A stretch of DNA of 64,000 nt from an uncultured Spirochaetaceae bacterium (GCA_902789325.1 CADANN010000001.1:38024-102023); one strand, 5' to 3'; positions 56,573 to 64,000 are shown, numbered from the stretch's first letter. A program made the numbers and translations. The notes: generated by a model not told the origin, from the sequence alone.

Positions 56573-57876
56573 TCAACCACACGGATTGCAAAAGTGTCAT
56601 CGGCAATGCAAACTTCGCCGCGTGCAACAATTTTGCCTGAGCGGATAATCTGTGCAAACTCTCCGGCCCTCTGTTTCAAAATAACATAAGAGCCCTGATG
56701 CAGGCCTGCAACTTCTTCTTTTGAAAGGTAAGCGCTTCCAAGCTGAATCGAAATATAATCTTTTTCATCGTAGATGATTTCATTCAACTGAGGATTTTCA
56801 GCAATTCTCATTCCAAAAAGTTCATCAATTGCAACAGTTTTACCAGTGTGAATTACACGGTTCTCATAAACAAGATTTAGTCCTTCATTTTCCTTTTTAT
56901 CCAGAATTAAAATCAAGCCCGGTTCAAGAGAAACATTTTCCGGACGGAATCTTCCAAGTTCAATAAAAACATTGTCCGGCTGCTGATGACTTTTTATATT
57001 TGAAAGATTCTGAAATCTTATTTTTCCACCAACAGTTCCTGCATTTCCGCCGTCACCAAAAAAGCCGCCCATAACCATTTCTTCAAGAAGAGTGTCACTA
57101 AACTGAAGATTTATCCAGCCTTCCTGACCGGCAACATTTCCCTTAAGAGCAAGCAGCAGCATCATGCAATTGTCTTCCTGCCGAGTCGTATTGGAATTTC
57201 CTGCAGCCACAGCTTTTCCCAGCTCAAACTTTTCGTCAGAAACCTTCCCGTCTGTGCGCCGACAGATTTCTTCCTTAAGCATTCCTGTTACAGTTTTTAC
57301 AAAATAATTCTTAAAAACATCAATATCAAATTCAGTAATGGCCTCGTATTTCGTGCAATCCTGTTTGAGCAGTGCCTTTGCAATCAGAGCATCTGCTTCA
57401 ATAGTAAAACCTGCATTCGAATAATCAAAATCATAGAAAAAACATTTCTGCGGAATCGAATGTAAAAACTCGGAATTAATCATCTGATCCACAAGTGACA
57501 CAGAAAAATCACAGCGCTCATTCATCATGGCAGTAAATTCATGATTTATAAGACGGCAGATATCCTCGCCCAGAATCCAAAGCTCCCGCTGCATATAACG
57601 CGGATAACGGTCTGGCTGGCGGAAGTTATACTCCTTAATTTTCTTTCCGCTCACATCCTGACTCACAGGCAATTCGCCGTTCATAATCGACTCAACTTCA
57701 ACTCCAAATACTTCGGCAAGTTTAGGAAGTACTGTCACATCCGGGCAACCTTCACCACGCTCCCACTTTGAAACAGCTTTGTCGGTTACATTACATTGTT
57801 CTGCAAGTTCCTTTTGAGTAAGTCCCTTTCGATTTCGTAATTCATAAATCAAAAATCCAGTTTTTTCTGCATTCAT
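56563..57876 (-). CDS. XRE-type HTH fused to FliM-like middle domain and FliN/SpoA-like C-terminal domain
   Basis: - HTH: LRNRKGLTQKELAEQCNVTDKAVSKWERGE.
- FliM-like segment: IKEYNFRQPDRYPRYMQRELWILGEDICRLINHEFTAMM...
- FliN-like end: GSYVILKQRAGEFAQIIRSGKIVARGEVCIADDTFAIRVVE.
The start follows an AAGGAG RBS. Confidence 0.75.
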   Translation of the reverse strand: MNAEKTGFLIYELRNRKGLTQKELAEQCNVTDKAVSKWERGEGCPDVTVLPKLAEVFGVEVESIMNGELPVSQDVSGKKIKEYNFRQPDRYPRYMQRELWILGEDICRLINHEFTAMMNERCDFSVSLVDQMINSEFLHSIPQKCFFYDFDYSNAGFTIEADALIAKALLKQDCTKYEAITEFDIDVFKNYFVKTVTGMLKEEICRRTDGKVSDEKFELGKAVAAGNSNTTRQEDNCMMLLLALKGNVAGQEGWINLQFSDTLLEEMVMGGFFGDGGNAGTVGGKIRFQNLSNIKSHQQPDNVFIELGRFRPENVSLEPGLILILDKKENEGLNLVYENRVIHTGKTVAIDELFGMRIAENPQLNEIIYDEKDYISIQLGSAYLSKEEVAGLHQGSYVILKQRAGEFAQIIRSGKIVARGEVCIADDTFAIRVVESC

Positions 57877-57962
57877 AATAATTCTCCTTAGCAGTTTCCC
57901 GCTTACATTCAAAATCGTAACACGGAAGCTGCAGTCTGTAACCCGACGTGTAGTTTAACAGA

Positions 57963-57986
57963 GTAGAATTCTAAGTAGAGTTCTAC
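57963..57986. promoter_or_regulatory. tandem palindromic half-sites upstream of the HTH-FliM/N gene (operator candidate)
   Basis: GTAGAATTCTA-A-GTAGAGTTCTAC. TAGAATTCTA is a perfect 10-bp palindrome. The site lies about 90-110 bp upstream of the start codon. Confidence 0.35.
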
Positions 57987-58172
57987 TGAAAAACAACTGA
58001 TTTTACAGTCAATTCTTCAAATTTCTACACACAACTCTACTTAAGCATAACATGAATACTGTAACTTTCAATAAAAAAATCAGTTATTTAGATGATTTTA
58101 AGTGACATTATTATTTTTTTTATATTCTACAAAGGTCTAAATAAGATTTAATAACATAAGATTCAAAAACTA

Positions 58173-58456
58173 TTGCAAATCAACGTTTAAAACGATAATA
58201 TAGTAGAAACGACAAAGAGGTCGTAGATAAAATCCTTGAAAACAACAGGGGTTCTGTCTACGACCTCTTTTTTTTATTTGTGAAAAGGAGGAAAAGGACC
58301 GTCCAAAATCAATTTGGAAGATTCTAAAAAGTTGCTCCACGTATTCGCAACTTTTTTTAACGAATCTTCGATAGACCGCATGAACATTTTCGGGTTGAAA
58401 CCTAAAATTGCTTCACAGCGGTTCAGCAATTTTTTTACGGTTTCTTCGATAAGAGT
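58173..58456 (+). promoter_or_regulatory. asnB-carB'-pyrG-glnA leader: sigma70 promoter + three tandem terminator hairpins
   Basis: TTGCAA (58173-78), 17-nt spacer, TAATAT (58196-201).
- Hairpin 1: ACGACAAAGAGGTCGTAGA, arms 58214-27 and 58257-70, then T8.
- Hairpin 2: AAAAAGTTGC (58326-35) and GCAACTTTTT (58347-56).
- Hairpin 3: AAAATTGCT (58404-12) and AGCAATTTT (58425-33), then TTT.
ATG at 58457. The upstream gene is divergent. Confidence 0.75.
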
Positions 58457-60247
58457 ATGTGTGGTTTTGTAGGATGCTTTGATTTGAACTCAGGTAGCGC
58501 GCCTATTGCAGAAGGCTTGAAAGAAGAACTTCGTGCGCAGGTTCTGGAGATGTCTAAGAAAATTCGTCACCGTGGTCCAGACTGGAGCGGTGTTTATACC
58601 GGTAATAATGCTATTTTAAGCCATGAACGTCTTTCAATCGTAGACCCACTTTCAGGAAAACAGCCTTTGGTCAGCGATGATGAAAAAATCATTCTTGCCG
58701 CAAACGGTGAAATCTACAATCACAAGGAAATCCGAGCAAAGTTTGATGGTTCATATAAGTTCAGAACTGGAAGTGACTGCGAAGTTATTATTCCTCTTTA
58801 TAAAAAATACCGCAAATCTGGCGATTTCACAAAGATGATTGAAGAGCTTTCGGGTATCTTCGCATTCGCACTTTATGACAGCGAACACGACACATATCTG
58901 ATTGCCCGCGACGAAATCGGTGTTATTCCACTATATCAGGGCTGGGACAAAGCAGGCCGCTATTATGTTGCAAGCGAACTCAAAGCTCTCGAAGGCGACT
59001 GCCAGACAATTGAAGAATTCCCTAATGGAAGTTATTTATACAGCGGCCGTCATGCTGAACTTGTTTCAGCATCAACTGATGAGACCCCGAAACCAATCCG
59101 CTGGTATCACCGCAACTGGGAATCATATGAAAGCGTAAAATCAGCCCCAAAAGCAACCGACGAAAAAGGCGAAGTAATCAACCCAAGCGTAATCGAAAAA
59201 GTACGTAACGGACTCGAAACTGCAGTAAAAGCCCAGTTGATGTCAGACGTTCCTTACGGCGTACTTCTTTCCGGCGGTCTCGACTCATCAATCATCGCAG
59301 CAATCACACAAAAATACAGCAAAAAACGTATTGAAACAGACAGCAAGGAAGCAGCCTGGTGGCCACAGCTCCACTCATTCGCAGTTGGACTTGAAGGTTC
59401 TCCAGACCTTATCGCTGCTCAAAAGGCCGCAGACTATATCGGAACCGTTCACCATGAAGTACACTTTACAATTCAGGAAGCACTCGATGCTCTCCCTGAT
59501 GTAATTTACCACATCGAAACTTACGACATCACAACAGTTCGTGCCTCTACCCCTATGTATCTGCTTGCGCGTGTAATCAAATCTATGGGAATCAAGATGG
59601 TTCTTTCGGGCGAAGGAAGTGACGAGCTCTTTGGTGGTTACCTTTACTTCCACAAGGCTCCAAATGCACAGGAGTTCCATGAAGAACTTGTACGTAAAAT
59701 GAGTAAACTTCATCTTTACGACTGTCTCCGTGCAAACAAATCTCTTATGGCATGGGGTGTTGAAGGCCGCGTTCCATTCCTTGATAAAGACTTTATCGAC
59801 ATCGCAATGGGCCTCAACCCAAGTGATAAAATGAACATCAAATTACCAGATGGTAAACAGAGAATGGAAAAATGGATTCTCCGTAAAGCCTTTGAAGATC
59901 TTCTTCCAGAAAGCATTGCATGGCGCCAGAAGGAACAGTTCTCAGATGGTGTAGGCTATAACTGGATTGATACCCTCAAAAAGATGACAGAAGAAAAGGT
60001 AAGCGACGCAGAATTTGCACGCCGCGAAAACCGCTTCCCTGTAAATCCTCCAAAAACAAAAGAGGAATATTACTACCGCGAAATCTACAGCCGCCTCTTC
60101 CCAAGCGACAGTGCAGCACGTTGTGTTCCACACGAAGCCGGAGTTGCATGTTCAACAGCAAAAGCCCTCGAATGGGATGCAGCATGGAAGACTATGGATG
60201 AACCGAGCGGACGCGCAATTGCAGGAGTTCACGATAATGCCTACTAA
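58457..60247 (+). CDS. asnB: asparagine synthase (glutamine-hydrolysing)
   Basis: N-terminal MCGFVG (Ntn Cys) and PP-loop SDVPYGVLLSGGLDSS. 596 aa. Confidence 0.96.
   Translation: MCGFVGCFDLNSGSAPIAEGLKEELRAQVLEMSKKIRHRGPDWSGVYTGNNAILSHERLSIVDPLSGKQPLVSDDEKIILAANGEIYNHKEIRAKFDGSYKFRTGSDCEVIIPLYKKYRKSGDFTKMIEELSGIFAFALYDSEHDTYLIARDEIGVIPLYQGWDKAGRYYVASELKALEGDCQTIEEFPNGSYLYSGRHAELVSASTDETPKPIRWYHRNWESYESVKSAPKATDEKGEVINPSVIEKVRNGLETAVKAQLMSDVPYGVLLSGGLDSSIIAAITQKYSKKRIETDSKEAAWWPQLHSFAVGLEGSPDLIAAQKAADYIGTVHHEVHFTIQEALDALPDVIYHIETYDITTVRASTPMYLLARVIKSMGIKMVLSGEGSDELFGGYLYFHKAPNAQEFHEELVRKMSKLHLYDCLRANKSLMAWGVEGRVPFLDKDFIDIAMGLNPSDKMNIKLPDGKQRMEKWILRKAFEDLLPESIAWRQKEQFSDGVGYNWIDTLKKMTEEKVSDAEFARRENRFPVNPPKTKEEYYYREIYSRLFPSDSAARCVPHEAGVACSTAKALEWDAAWKTMDEPSGRAIAGVHDNAY
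59049..59093. repeat. double-hairpin repeat element inside asnB (copy B, 3'-truncated)
   Basis: GTC-ATGCTGAA-CTTGT-TTCAGCAT-CAACTGATGAG-ACCCCGAA-AC. It is translated in frame as RHAELVSASTDETPK. Confidence 0.8.
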
Positions 60248-61826
60248 TGATTCTGCAAAATCAAAAGGAACAATCGTAGTTCTTGGTTCAGGCCCAATCC
60301 GAATCGGTCAGGGAATTGAGTTCGACTACGCGAGCGTTCAGTGTGTACGCGCCCTCAAAAAACTTGGGTATGAAGTTGCAATCATCAACAACAACCCGGA
60401 AACTGTAAGTACCGACTTTGATACTGCAGACCGTCTTTATTTTGAACCACTCACTCCACCAGATGTTATGAACGTAATCAACGATGAAAAACCTCTTGGT
60501 GTAGTAGTTGCATTTGGCGGTGGAACAGCAATTAAACTTGCAAAATATCTGGACAGTCAGGGAGTACGTATTCTCGGAACTTCTGCAGATGCAATCGACC
60601 TTGCCGAAGACCGTGAACGTTTTGAAGAACTCTGCGACCGCCTCAACATTAAGCGCCCTCGCGGACTTACAGTGTTTACAGAAGTAGAAGCCCTCGAATC
60701 TGCTGCAAAAATCACCTACCCTGTTCTCATGCGACCAAGCTACGTACTTGGCGGTCAGAACATGATTGTTGCCCGCAACAATGCAGATGTAAAAGAATAC
60801 ATGAAAATCATTCTGCGTCAGGGAATTGAAAATCCGGTTCTTATCGACAAATATATGGAAGGAACTGAGCTCGAAGTAGACTGTATCTGCGACGGCGAAA
60901 ATGTTTTGATTCCTGGAATTATGGAACACGTTGAGCGCACTGGTATTCACTCAGGTGACTCAATTGCAGTTTATCCAGGTCAGTTCACTCCAGAAATTGA
61001 AGAAAAAATCGTTCGTCAGTCTACAGACCTTGCACTTGCACTTGGAACAAAAGGTCTTGTAAATATTCAGTATCTTATTTACGACAATGATCTTTATATT
61101 ATCGAAGCAAATCCACGTTCAAGCCGTACCGTTCCTTACCTTAGTAAGGTTTCTGGTGTACCAATGATTGACCTTGCAACCCGCGCCATGCTCGGAGAAA
61201 AAGTTCGTGAACTTGGTTATGGAACAGGTCTTTACCGTAAACCAGATTATTGTGCCGTAAAAGTTCCAGTATTCAGTTTTGAAAAACTGATGGATGTGGA
61301 TACACATCTTGGCCCGGAAATGAAATCAACTGGTGAAGTTCTTGGCATTGCCCCTACCCGCGAAGAAGCACTCTTTAAAGGAATGGTTGCTGCAGGATGG
61401 AAGATGATTAAAGAAGGCGGCATTCTGTTCTCAGTTCGTGAATCTGACCTTCCGGAACTTCCAGCCCTTGCAAAAAAGTTTTATGATCTTGGCTTTACTC
61501 TTTATGCAACAAGCGGAAATGCCTCAACAATTGAACGCAGTGGTATGCCCGTAACCCACGTTGCAAAAGTTCACGAAAATTACAATGACAATGTAATGAC
61601 TCTTCTGGAAAGCGGAAAAGTTGTTTACGTAGTTTCTACATCTGCAAAAGGACGCGATCCTGTAGCCGAAAGCGTAAAGCTTCGCCGTCTTGCTGTAGAA
61701 CGAGATATTGATTGTCTTACAGCCTTGGACACTGCTAACGCACTCGCAGACTGTCTTGCAAGTCCATACACATTAGATAACGTAAGCGTAGTTGATATCA
61801 ATCACGATTTAAGAATTCATAACTAA
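60237..61826 (+). CDS. carB: carbamoyl-phosphate synthase large subunit, C-terminal half (second ATP-grasp + MGS-like allosteric domain)
   Basis: It starts MPTNDSAKSKGTIVVLGSGPIRIGQGIEFDYASVQ, matching the second CarB repeat, and ends with an MGS-like domain (ILFSVRESD...LYATSGNA). The ATG at 60237 overlaps the asnB stop by 11 nt. The upstream part of the ORF-track ORF overlaps asnB and is discounted. Confidence 0.9.
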   Translation: MPTNDSAKSKGTIVVLGSGPIRIGQGIEFDYASVQCVRALKKLGYEVAIINNNPETVSTDFDTADRLYFEPLTPPDVMNVINDEKPLGVVVAFGGGTAIKLAKYLDSQGVRILGTSADAIDLAEDRERFEELCDRLNIKRPRGLTVFTEVEALESAAKITYPVLMRPSYVLGGQNMIVARNNADVKEYMKIILRQGIENPVLIDKYMEGTELEVDCICDGENVLIPGIMEHVERTGIHSGDSIAVYPGQFTPEIEEKIVRQSTDLALALGTKGLVNIQYLIYDNDLYIIEANPRSSRTVPYLSKVSGVPMIDLATRAMLGEKVRELGYGTGLYRKPDYCAVKVPVFSFEKLMDVDTHLGPEMKSTGEVLGIAPTREEALFKGMVAAGWKMIKEGGILFSVRESDLPELPALAKKFYDLGFTLYATSGNASTIERSGMPVTHVAKVHENYNDNVMTLLESGKVVYVVSTSAKGRDPVAESVKLRRLAVERDIDCLTALDTANALADCLASPYTLDNVSVVDINHDLRIHN

Positions 61827-61841
61827 GATGGGAGAAAAGAT

Positions 61842-63437
61842 ATGAGTAAATTTATTTTTGTAACAGGAGGTGTTGTATCCGGCCTTGGTAAAGGAATTAC
61901 AGCAGCCTCACTCGGACGCCTTTTAAAATGCAGAGGCCTTAAAGTTGCATCACAGAAGCTTGACCCATATATGAACGTAGACCCGGGTACAATGAGCCCT
62001 TTCCAGCACGGAGAAGTTTTTGTTACAGATGATGGTGCAGAAACAGACCTTGACCTTGGACATTACGAACGTTTTATAGACGAAAACCTCACAAAATATT
62101 CTAACATGACAAGTGGGCGTGTTTACTGGAATGTTTTAAACAAGGAACGCCAGGGAGAATATCTTGGACAGACCGTTCAGATTATTCCTCATGTAACAAA
62201 TGAAATTAAAGATTTTATTCTTAAAAATGCAGAAGTTTCTCAGGCTGATGTAAGTATTGTAGAAGTTGGTGGTACAATTGGTGATATTGAAAGCCAGCCT
62301 TTCCTTGAAGCAATCCGTCAGCTTGCAATTGAAGTTGGTCGCCGCAACTGTCTCTTTATTCACGTTTGTCTTGTACCTTATATCAGTGGTTCAGATGAAT
62401 TTAAATCAAAGCCAACACAGCACTCTGTGAAGGAGCTCATGGCAGTTGGTATTCACCCGGATATTATCGTAGCCCGCTGCGATGAAGAAATCCCTCTTGA
62501 TATCCGCAAGAAAATCAGCTTGTTCTGTAACGTTGGTGAAGACTGTGTAATCAACAATACAACCTGTAAGAGTCTTTATGAAGTACCACTCATGCTTCAT
62601 GCTCAGAATATGGATGATGTTGTTTGCCGCGACCTTGGCATTGAAAATACAAGAAAAGATTATCCTGAACTTGCTGCATGGTCAAAGATGGTAGAAACCA
62701 TTCATGCACGTCAGGGAGAAATTCAAATTGCACTTGTTGGTAAATACGTAAAACTTCACGACTCATATTTGAGTATTGTTGAATCCCTCAACCATGCAAG
62801 CTTCGTAGTTGGTAAAAACGTAAAAATCAAATGGGTAGATTCAGATACAGTAACTGACGCTACTGCTCCAGAAGTTTTCAAAGACTGTGCTGGAATCATT
62901 TTGCCAGGCGGATTCGGACACCGCGGAGTTGAAGGCATGGTTTGCTCATGCCGCTATGCCCGAACTCACAAAATGCCATATTTTGGAATCTGTCTTGGTA
63001 TGCAGATTGCAGTAATTGAATTTGCAAGAAGTGTCCTTGGTTATGCAGATGCAAACAGCCGCGAGTTCGATGAACTTTGCGAACATCCAGTAATTGACCT
63101 TATGAAAAATCAGGAAGGTGTAATCAAGGGCGGTACAATGCGTCTTGGATCTTACCCTTGTAAGGTAGCTTCTGGAACTACACTCGAAAAAGCCTATGGT
63201 GCAAGCCTCATCAACGAACGCCATCGCCACCGCTATGAGTTCAATAATGATTACCGTACAAAGATGACAGAAGCCGGACTAACAATCAGCGGAACATCGC
63301 CAGATGATACCCTTGTTGAAGCAGTAGAAATTAAAGGCCAGTTCCATGTCGGCGTTCAGTTCCATCCAGAATTTAAGAGCCGACCAAACAATGCAGGGCC
63401 ACTCTTTGTAGAATTCTTGCGCGCCTGCGAAAAGTAA
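61842..63437 (+). CDS. pyrG: CTP synthase
   Basis: N-terminal KFIFVTGGVVSGLGKG and the glutaminase motifs GICLGMQ and HRHRYE. Confidence 0.97.
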   Translation: MSKFIFVTGGVVSGLGKGITAASLGRLLKCRGLKVASQKLDPYMNVDPGTMSPFQHGEVFVTDDGAETDLDLGHYERFIDENLTKYSNMTSGRVYWNVLNKERQGEYLGQTVQIIPHVTNEIKDFILKNAEVSQADVSIVEVGGTIGDIESQPFLEAIRQLAIEVGRRNCLFIHVCLVPYISGSDEFKSKPTQHSVKELMAVGIHPDIIVARCDEEIPLDIRKKISLFCNVGEDCVINNTTCKSLYEVPLMLHAQNMDDVVCRDLGIENTRKDYPELAAWSKMVETIHARQGEIQIALVGKYVKLHDSYLSIVESLNHASFVVGKNVKIKWVDSDTVTDATAPEVFKDCAGIILPGGFGHRGVEGMVCSCRYARTHKMPYFGICLGMQIAVIEFARSVLGYADANSREFDELCEHPVIDLMKNQEGVIKGGTMRLGSYPCKVASGTTLEKAYGASLINERHRHRYEFNNDYRTKMTEAGLTISGTSPDDTLVEAVEIKGQFHVGVQFHPEFKSRPNNAGPLFVEFLRACEK

Positions 63438-63464
63438 TATATAGTGAAATTAAAAGAGGTGATT

Positions 63465-64000
63465 ATGTACACAAAAGAAGAAGTATTAGATTTTATTCAG
63501 GAAGAAGACGTTAAGTTCATTCGTCTTGCATTTTTTGACCTTACAGGAAAACAGAAAAATATTTCTATAATGCCAAGCGAACTGGAACGTGCCTTCGAAC
63601 ATGGAATTCCATTTGATGCTTCTGCTATCGAAGGTTTTGAAGGTCCTCAAAAATCTGAGTTATACCTCTTACCAGATCCTTCTACCCTCGCAATCATTCC
63701 ATGGCGCCCTGCAACAGGAAAGGTTGTTAGAATGTTCTGTAATATTCTAACCCCTGATGGAACTCCATATTCAAAAGACAGCCGTACAATTTTGCAGAAT
63801 GCCTGCCGCAAGCTCAAAGAAGAATGTGGTATTGAAATGATGGTTGGAACTGAAGTTGAATTCTATCTCTTTAAGTTAGATGAAAAAGGAGAACCAACCA
63901 CTGAAACTTTTGATAAAGCAGGCTATATGGATATTGCCCCGGAAGACCACGGAGAAAATATCCGCCGAGAAATCTGTTTTACTCTTGAACAGATGGGAAT
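63465..64000 (+). CDS. glnA: glutamine synthetase type I (5' part; runs off window end)
   Basis: Absent from the ORF track because there is no stop in the window. I translated it by hand: MYTKEEVLDFIQEEDVKFIRLAFFDLTGKQKNISI...GTEVEFYLF, the GSI beta-grasp and first catalytic motifs. A GAGGTG RBS lies 5 nt upstream. Confidence 0.88.
   Translation, partial: MYTKEEVLDFIQEEDVKFIRLAFFDLTGKQKNISIMPSELERAFEHGIPFDASAIEGFEGPQKSELYLLPDPSTLAIIPWRPATGKVVRMFCNILTPDGTPYSKDSRTILQNACRKLKEECGIEMMVGTEVEFYLFKLDEKGEPTTETFDKAGYMDIAPEDHGENIRREICFTLEQMG

Noticed and set aside
46376-58436. Whether the N-operon leaders are a known glutamine riboswitch (glnA RNA / downstream-peptide), a T-box, a PyrR site or an ANTAR dual-hexaloop target.
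   Set aside because: I could not find the glnA-RNA E-loop/pseudoknot consensus, a T-box (…GGTGGTACCGCG…) with a specifier loop, the PyrR loop (ARUCCAGAGAGGYU; only AGAGG is shared), or two adjacent hexaloop hairpins. The element is therefore reported as unclassified. A covariance-model scan is still needed.
1-64000. A prophage, IS element, integron or defence island.
   Set aside because: I recognised no integrase, transposase, recombinase, phage structural, restriction or cas-like translation on either strand. The only toxin-antitoxin pair is the small VapBC-like module at 28.9-29.5 kb.

Overview
This is a 64-kb chromosomal window from a low-GC bacterium. It is probably a Treponema-like spirochaete; that is inference only, based on a FliG1-type long FliG paralogue and general gene content. 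I support about 50 CDSs, 2 tRNAs (Asp-GTC, Pro-CGG), several intrinsic terminators and promoters, and no rRNA, CRISPR, transposase or integrase.

Positions 1-30 kb are housekeeping and transport genes:
- an M23 peptidase, PBP1A, RlmJ, ClpB and an M16C peptidase
- an orphan FliG paralogue
- three ABC exporters
- an AraC-linked sugar ABC importer
- a GntR-linked TRAP transporter
- a VapBC-like toxin-antitoxin pair next to the tRNAs

Positions 30-64 kb are an unusually dense glutamine/nitrogen block: purF, gltD, gltB, carA, a split carB, a type III glutamine synthetase, an AmtB-PII fusion, asnB, pyrG and a type I glnA that runs off the window. Interspersed are xfp, dapF-dapL, two lipoproteins and an HTH-FliM/FliN fusion.

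Main results of the hunt:
1. All six glutamine/nitrogen operons carry the same leader: a near-consensus sigma70 promoter, a conserved RCGGCAAAG(A)GG box, then 1-3 tandem intrinsic-terminator hairpins before the RBS. No other promoter region I inspected in the window has this. I read it as a candidate undescribed attenuation/antitermination regulon or a leader-RNA family. Two copies can also be read as sigma54-type -24/-12 promoters.
2. A small double-hairpin repeat (N4-GAA-CTTGT-TTC-N4', with stems that co-vary between copies) is inserted in frame inside GltB and AsnB. A third copy supplies the stop codon of another gene.
3. carB is split into two genes 17 kb apart.
4. There are several smaller oddities: a GC-rich in-frame patch in carA, a 163-nt palindrome, a shared 14-16 bp palindrome, and operator candidates.

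All functional calls come from reading the translations and motifs. No database search was run.
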